NCBI GenBank assembly: GCA_016748015.1
Contig: JAAOMT010000657.1
Span: 591,065-607,974, forward strand
DNA from: Geosiphon pyriformis uo1
Lineage: Eukaryota > Fungi > Glomeromycota
Direction: 5' to 3'
DNA length: 16,910 nucleotides
Below, one piece after another: positions 9,710 to 16,910 of the stretch. Both the position numbers and the translations under genes were made by a program. The notes below the pieces were generated by a model. It was given only the letters and a program-made list of their open reading frames with translations. It ran no database searches and was not told the origin of the DNA. Each line of letters begins with the position of its first letter. Positions within the stretch are counted from its first letter, which is position 1.

Positions 9710-10541
9710 ATAATTATTATTGAACAACTTTTAAATTTAAACATTTAATATTCAAATTAAATTATTTTATTCTTATATTAGTAAAAACAATTTTATAAAA
9801 TAATTAAAAAGTAAATAAAAAAGCAAAAACAAAAATAATTTTATTTTTTTATCTTTTAATTAATTTATTATGATTATTTCTCAAAATATTTAACAATTAT
9901 TTTAAAAATTAATGTTAGACTTAAAAATATTGTCCAAATTATTTATATTATTATTAAAACACATAGTAATTACACCCAAACAAAATTTGTTAGAATTTCT
10001 ATTATAAATTTACAAATTTATTATTTTTATAAAAAAAGCATAAAAAGTTATTCTAAATTTACTTACCAAAATTCTTAAAGCAAGTTTTAAAAAAAATTTA
10101 ATATTTTTATTAATTAATATTTTACTAAATACCATAATTTAACAAAAACTTTAATAGTATTTTAATGAACAAAATAATAAATATTTTCAATTTATATATA
10201 TTTTTTATTGAAAAAACACCTTATAAAAAAAATCTAAAGCTTAAAACAGCAAACTTTATATTCAAAGCTATTTATAAACAATTATATAATGAATTCAAAA
10301 TAACTGTTAAACTAAAAAATACTTATTACAAACTTAAAACAGTGTTTAAATTCTATAATCTATTTTATGCTTGTAAAAACATCTTACAAAATCCAATTTT
10401 ACAATTTTTAAAGATTTAATATATTAGAAAACTTACAGAACTAAAATTTTAACAATTTTTAGACCAAATTTTTTCAATAATTTTGGATTACTATTTAAAA
10501 ATTACAGATAGTACTTAAATTTTGATAAAGTTTAATCTTAA
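9710..10541 (+). pseudogene. Relic of an additional ORF downstream of pol, function unknown
   Basis: Contains the 84-aa ORF 10165-10419, unusually long for ~88% AT DNA. The frame continues to ~10541 with only sparse TAA/TAG stops. Confidence 0.5.
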
Positions 10542-10551
10542 AAAAAAATTA

Positions 10552-10735
10552 TATTATTAACTAAAATTATTTTATAATTTTTATCATTAACTAATATATA
10601 TTATTATTTTAATTTATTACTTATTATCTTATTAAATTACATAATTATTATTTAATTAATAATTTAATTTATACAAAACACAAATATAACTAAATTGTGA
10701 TGATTAAATTATATAATATACTAAACTATATAACA
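10552..10735 (+). repeat. Possible decayed, shortened 3' LTR of element 2
   Basis: Purine run at 10540-10548 (converted PPT?), then TATTAT (~TGTTAT) ... ATAACA. No second copy is available for confirmation. Confidence 0.4.
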
Positions 10736-10740
10736 TTAAA

Positions 10741-10860
10741 AATTCGCCAAAATATTTAATAATTTAACAAAATATTTAATAATTTACTAAAATAATTTAT
10801 AATTTGTAAAAATAACTTGTAGTTTGACAAAATATATCTTTAGTTTACTAAAAAATTAGA
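10741..10860. repeat. ~6 x 20-bp degenerate tandem repeat (AATTCGCCAAAATATTTAAT-like)
   Basis: Units in register at 10741, 10761, 10781, 10801, 10821 and ~10842. Confidence 0.75.
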
Positions 10861-11009
10861 AAAAAAAGTGCTAAATTATAAAATAATATAAAACAAGTTA
10901 TTTTAATTAAAATTAATTTTTTACAAGATATTTTTTCTTAAAATTATTATTTTTATAAATTAAATAAAAATTTTAAAAAACATAAACTTTTTCAGTTATT
11001 ATTACTTCA

Positions 11010-12650
11010 AAATTAACTATTTTATACTAATATTTTGAAATTAATTAGTTATTAATTTCAGTAATTGTTAATAATTTTCAGGCTTAAATTTGAAACAACT
11101 TCTTTAATACACTTTTTATTTATTTTTTTAGTTATTTTTAGTTATTTTTTTTATTTTTTATTATTATTAAATAGTTTATAGTCAAGAATTTTTTGTAAAA
11201 TAGTTGACTTTTATAATAAAGTAACTACACATATTTTAAAGAGCTTATAAATAAGATTTTTTTATAAAAAAATTAACTGTTACTGCAAAATAACTATACA
11301 AATAATTAATATAAAATTGGATATTTTATTATAAATTTAATAATATAATCCAAAATATAAAAAATACTTTAAAAGAGAAATTAATTTATTAAAAATTTAT
11401 CAACTTTTATCAAATAACAGAATTAATAATAAAATAACATTAATAATATAAAAATAAAAATAAAAAAATCTTTAGTAATATTGCTTATAAAAATTATTTA
11501 AAAATTTACCACATAATTCAAGAATTATTATCAATTATATTTCAATAAAAACACAATTTTATTAGTCAAACTCAAAAATATTTTACAAAATTTGGAATTA
11601 ATTATTATTGTTAAACACAATCTATTAGTAAATATTTAGTCTATAATATTTTAAAAATATAAAATACAACCAAAAAAATTAAAAAAACAGCATATATATT
11701 TTATTATAAATATCTTAAACAATATTTTAAAACTTTTACAACAACTATTTAAAGCTATATAATAAATAACAACATCCTTAAAAGTAGTTATTAATAAAAA
11801 AGAAATATATTATAAAAAAACAAACAAGAAAAAAAAACAAAAATTCAATTAAAATTAAATATTCTTAATTTTACTTGGTTTTAAATAAAAAAACTTCAAT
11901 ATTCAAACAATAAAAAAAGCTTTAAATAATTTAATTATAAAACTAAATATTAAAAAATAGATACTAAAAATCTTTATAGCATAGAAAAAAAACTTTTATC
12001 TATGTACTGGTTTTTTAAACTTGGTAAAAAATTAAATTTACAAACATTATATATAAACAACAACAAAAAAATATTCAATAAAAAAACTTTTTAACAAATA
12101 AAACAATTTATTAGAAAAAACAAACTGATATTATACTATAAAACAATGTACTAACTATATTTAACATTCAAATACTGTTTAATTATATTATTAAACAGTT
12201 TATTAAAAGCTATTACAATTAATAATATTAGATAAATAACTAATTTTTAGCTTAAAAAACCACAAAAAACAATATTTAACATAATATTTAAACATTATAT
12301 TAAAAAAACAACTTTTAAAAATATATACAAATTTGCAGAAGCTTAATTTTAAAAAAAAAATTATTTAAGTAAAAAAACTAATTAAAAACTATGAAAAAAT
12401 ATAATTATTATGTAAAAACACAAAATAACATAAAATAATATAAAATAATATATAATAATATAAAAAAACACAGAATAATTAATAATAGTATAAGATAATT
12501 AGTTATAATATAAAAAAACAAAACAATAAATAAAATAGCAAATAATAGCTAATAATAACAAAAATTAAAAACAATCTTATAAAACTAAAAAATATATATA
12601 AAAACAAGTAATTTTAACAAATAGAAAAAAATAAACAAAAATTAAATCTC
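11010..12650 (+). pseudogene. AT-converted coding relic of unknown family
   Basis: A-rich + strand with a long frame at ~11990-12370 (LLSMYWFFK...KTIFNIIFKHYIKKTTFKNIYKFAEA) broken only by TAA/TAG. No domain recognised. Confidence 0.35.
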
Positions 12651-13289
12651 TTTTAATATCTTATTTTTAGCCTAATAATTTTTTATCTCTTAATTTTTAT
12701 ATATTTTTTATTAATTCAAATTATTATTCAAATTCATAATTACATAATTTAAATAATTAAATTATTAAAATCTAATTGATTGTTTTTTTATTTCTGTTTT
12801 AGACCAGATGCAATTAATATAAATACTTTTAAAACTTTAATGACTTGGACTAATTACTCTTAATTATGATAATTTATAAGTTATTAATTTTTTTTTTTGC
12901 AGAGTGATAATATTGAAAATTAATTGTTTTAAATTAGACTTTGTAAAAAAAAAGCTCTTTCTAAGTATTAAATATTAACTTTATTTTATTAGCTTATTAA
13001 AAAGACAAAAAACAATATTAAATCTTAGCAATTATGATTAATTAATATAAAAAAAACACAATAATAACAATTTAACTATTAAAATCACATTTTTGTGCTT
13101 TAAAATAAAATAACTTAATAGATAAAACTTCAGACCAAAAAGACTTTAAAGACTAATTAATAGATTAATACCAAACATATTATTCTAAAAATTTCTTAAT
13201 GAATATTTTATCTTATCAAACAAGCTCTTATTATCAAATTACAAACATCTAATATTATGCTTTTATTTTACTAGATTTATCAATAACAA

Positions 13290-13988
13290 TATTAAAAACT
13301 AAAATTATTAATCTTTAAAAAAAATGCTTAGATTTATAATTCTAGATTTATAATAATAATAATAATAAAATAATCAAAAAAGTAATTCAACTTAAATAAA
13401 TTAAATTAATAAAAATTTAATATACAAAATTAGTTTTATAAATATCTTAATTACTATTTTTTTTAAAAAATAATAAAAAAATAAAAAATAATTCATAATA
13501 TTAACAAAAAAAAACACATTAATATAATTTTATATTTTATATTAACATTTTTAAAATTCAATATTAAATATTAATTATATTTTTTAATAAATATTTATTT
13601 AATATACTTTACAAAAATTAACAATTATACAAATAAAAAAAAAATAAAAAAAATAAAAAAAATAAAGAAATCGATATTATTGTATTAATTTAAATATAAA
13701 TACTTTTTTATAGCTTTTAAAAAATCTTATTTATATGTTTTTAAAAAAAATTAATAATTAAATTAATAATTATATTAATAATTTGGTCAATAATTAAGTT
13801 AATAATCAGATTAAAAATTAAGTTAATAATTAAATTATTAATTAAATTATTAATTAAGTTAATAATTATATTAATAACTAATTTTAAAAATAAAATAGCT
13901 AATTAATAATATTAATAATTAATATATGTAACTAATTATGACTAAGTAAATAAATAAAAGTTAAAAAGTAAAAAATTTAACTATAACA
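13290..13988 (-). mobile_element. Hypermutated LTR (probably solo) homologous to the element 1 LTR
   Basis: Collinear with 4023-4749. TCTAAAAATAGGGTGGCTAATTA matches TTTAAAAATAAAATAGCTAATTA; TCAGTGGCTAATACATGTGA matches TTAATAATTAATATATGTAA; the end CAACCATAACA matches TAACTATAACA; the 12-bp array is shared. Left boundary approximate. Confidence 0.85.
13757..13876. repeat. 10 x 12-bp tandem repeat (ATTAARTTAATA), converted form of ATCAGGTCAATG
   Basis: Units in register. Unit 3 (ATTTGGTCAATA) keeps GGTCAA and unit 5 keeps ATCAG. Confidence 0.88.
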
Positions 13989-15304
13989 ATATAATATAAT
14001 TTTAATAATTAAATTTAAATATTATTATTTATAGAATAAAGCAAAAAATTATTAAAGCATATATGTTAAAAATTCTAATGATAATTTAAAAAAATTGTAG
14101 AAATTTTTTGAATTTTGTATTATCAAAATTTATGTATATATAAACAAAATATTAGAAATAAAAAAACAAACAAACTTAATTAAAAACAAGTTTAATTTTA
14201 TCTTTTTAAGTAAAACTTCTATAATTAATAATCTAATATTTAAAATTTACTATTATTTTAAATAAAATTATTATTCAAATACAAATTAATAAATTTGACT
14301 TATCTTATTAAAATCCAATTATTTTTTTATTAATATTAACAATATTAAAACAATAATTTTTAATTATAATTATTAATAAGATACTAATTTTTATTTTTCT
14401 TTTCTTTTTTTCTTTTTTCTTTTGTTTTGTATTTACTAATTAATTAATTAAAAATACCAAGTTTATAATATCAAAAATTGCCTAGTAAAAATACCAAAAA
14501 AAATATATAATATAATTAAAAAAACTAAATTTGCTTATTAAAAGAGTAAAAAATACCAGAATAAATTAGTTATTATATTAGATTTTTATCTATTATACAA
14601 AAAACTTTATCATTAAAACTTTTAGAAAATTTTCAAATTAACAAATTAATAAACTTAAGCACTAAATTATAGAAAATTACATAAACTTAAGAACTTATTC
14701 ATAATAATATATTTATAAACTTTGAATCAAATTTGTTGTTTAAATTTAAATTCAGTTTAAATTCAGTAATTTTAAGTTGAATTCAAGTTCAATTTCAAAA
14801 TTTAACCAAAATTTTTTAAGATTTTTAATTTATTTTTTGTTAATACAAAGTTTATGTCAAAACTTTTATTTTTTTAACTTTTTATTGTTGTATTTTTGGC
14901 TATTTTTGCTATTAGTATTGTAATTAGTTTTAGATTAAATTTTTTAAAATCTTAAATTTTTAATATAGTTATATTAATTAAGTTTATTATTAAATTAATT
15001 GGTTTTTTAATTACTTTGGTTTTTTTTTGGCTAAAAATACGTGTAAGAATTTTAAAGTAAAAAAAATTTGGTTATTATAATAAATATTATTAAAAGTTTT
15101 GTTAGTTTTTTGGTTAATTTGTTTAAAAACTTTGCTAATTTTAAGATTAAGATAGATTTTGGTATTATAAATAAAAATAATATAAGTAATATTAAAGTAT
15201 TTTTTTTAAATAATAAAATTATTAATTATTTGGTTTATGAGATATAAGTAATTTTAATGTTAAATACAGTTTGATAAAAAAATAATTGGAAATATAAAAA
15301 TAAT

Positions 15305-15330
15305 TACTATGTCTTAACTAATGTACCAAA
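15305..15330. repeat. Possible TA target site and terminal inverted repeat of the Tc1 element
   Basis: TA|CTATGTCTTAACTAATGTACC lies ~80 bp beyond the transposase end, where sequence character changes. The partner TIR was not found. Confidence 0.35.
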
Positions 15331-15389
15331 TTATATAAAACAACTTTTATTAGAAAGTCAAATACCATATAACTTTATAAAAATAAGTA

Positions 15390-16325
15390 ATAAAAAATTC
15401 TTTCACCATTTGTCTTAATTATCATTTTACAATACTGTCTTGTTGATTCAATTAAGGTAGATTTAGGAATATTTTGTCATAAATCTCTTTAATTTACTAT
15501 GATTTTGAGACATTTTTTTTTCTATATTTTTTTTAACAATAGCCCAAAGTTTTTCTATTGGGTTTAAGTTGGGACTATTAGATGGCCACCCCAAAAAATC
15601 AGTTGTATTCTCAGCAATAAACTCTTTGGCAAGCTTGCTAGTATGCTTGGGGTCATTATCTTGTTGGAATCTCTAATTTCAGGTAAGTGGTTACGAAGAA
15701 TATCTATATAAAATTGAGCATTCATTATTTGAACAAAACAGAATAAACTAGTCTTTCCTTTTTCGTAGAAACTCCCCCACGCGAGAATTTTTGTTCGATC
15801 TTTAGGCATAGGACGAATTGGTCGAGTACCTTTATGCCAACGTTTTACCGTGTTTTGAAAGAGTTGAAAAGATGTTTCGTCAGTAAAAACTGTTCTTTTC
15901 CAATCGTCTTTCAGGTGTTTTTTGGCCCATTCTACACGTTTACGCTTATGCTCTTCGGTCAGCATTGGAGTTGCTCTAGGAAGACTTTTTTTATAATTAA
16001 GGTTGGATAAATGGTTTTGAATAGTAACATGAGAAACATTTATTCCCTTCTTAGCCAACTTTATTGCTAAATATCTGGACGAAACTGAGGAATCTCTACG
16101 AATAATCTGCCCTAATACTTTCGAAGAATTTCCTGTAATCTTTCTTGGCCGACCATTACCGCTCGCATGCTTTATTGTTCCTTTTTTTTTGAGTTTTTCG
16201 AGGATATTATAGATTGTAGAAAGAAGTATATTCGTTTTATTCTGTATTTCTTTCGCCTTTCGTATTCCTTGCTTCCAAAAGTGTAATACGACTTGCCGTT
16301 GCGTTTCTTGCTTTGAAGTCGGCAT
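15390..16325 (-). pseudogene. Tc1/mariner (DD34E) transposase, frameshifted
   Basis: N-terminal HTH, GRPRK AT-hook, second HTH, and VFTDET (D 15879-15881). After a frameshift near 15670: FQQDNDPKH (D 15658-15660), 34 residues, then WPSNSPNLNPIE (E 15553-15555). Confidence 0.93.
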
Positions 16326-16910
16326 TTCAAAGACAAGTTTTAAAAAAAACTATTAGTTAATACGCGAGAAAATGTTTTTAGAGCTCAGCCACTTACCTAA
16401 TATTCTGTTTCCATTTTTACCGTCACAAAACTTACCAAAAATGATTAAACCAAACGCAATCTTAGTAGAAAAGTATAAATGAATTATATCTGATCAAAAA
16501 AAGTAAAAAAAAGTCCAAATCAATTCACTTAAATATATTTGAATATTAAAATTACAGATTAATCAAAAATTTAAAGGAATTAAAAAGTCAAGAAATTTTT
16601 TCTTTCCCGGAACAATTAGCAAAATCTGCAAAACAAAAAAATTTGAAGATTTTTTTCTATAAAATATGAATTTTAAGCTATGTATGGTATCTCACTTTAT
16701 TCCGAATAAAAGTGATAAGGCTTTCCAAATACATTTTTCCGTCAGTCTATTTTGATTTTTGCCATCTTTTACACGAAAAAATTTGTTTGGAAGAAACAAT
16801 TTTTCTCATATTGACATGAAAGATTTTATTCCTTTTAAAATTAATCGGTTAAATTTGTCAAAGGAATAACCATTCTTGCATTTAAATTCCTAATTTCTAA
16901 AGTTTTTTTC

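Larger units (their letters stand above)
6561..10735 (+). mobile_element. Hypermutated Ty3/Gypsy element 2: dUTPase-RT-RNaseH-IN-extra ORF-putative 3' LTR
   Basis: Collinear decayed domains in Gypsy order, recognisable after reversing C>T/G>A changes. The right boundary is tentative. Confidence 0.85.

Noticed and set aside
13285-13993. Target-site duplication around the relic LTR
   Set aside because: Flanks AACAA and ATATA do not match convincingly and the left boundary is uncertain.
14790-15250. T-rich stretch as a minus-strand coding relic
   Set aside because: Strand skew is suggestive but no motif could be recognised.
6561-15300. Organelle insertion, endosymbiont DNA or alternative genetic code (TAA/TAG reassigned)
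   Set aside because: The content is TE-derived. Stops replace Q, W and R codons alike, and catalytic D/E/G/P residues are also lost, so this is mutation and not recoding.
16340-16720. Second Tc1 TIR (ATTAGTTAA at ~16352; weak inverted similarity and an imperfect palindrome at ~16675-16717)
   Set aside because: Matches are too short in AT-rich DNA and lack a terminal TA-flanked end; the true end may lie outside the window.

Overview
Eukaryotic (probably fungal) transposon graveyard with no host gene; the sequence style resembles Glomeromycotina/Geosiphon repeats, but that is recall, not a search result. From left to right: (1) the 5' half of a mildly decayed Ty3/Gypsy element on the minus strand, with a 727-bp LTR (4023-4749), a PBS, gag with a zinc knuckle, a UUUAAAC -1 frameshift signal, protease and RT running off the window. 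(2) It sits inside the 3' part of an RNase H-encoding non-LTR element (4750-~6560, +). (3) That element abuts a second Gypsy element (+, ~6560-10735), now ~85-90% AT but still readable once C>T/G>A changes are reversed; it carries a dUTPase upstream of RT and an extra 3' ORF. (4) Further AT-converted relics follow, including a hypermutated homologue of the first LTR (~13290-13988). (5) A DD34E Tc1 transposon (-) is CpG-rich at its 5' end and AT-converted at its 3' end. The main signal is a ~9-kb domain of near-saturating, both-strand, apparently context-independent C>T mutation (RIP-like), with before/after LTR homologues in the same window. A 310-bp duplication around a 20-N gap is probably an assembly artefact.
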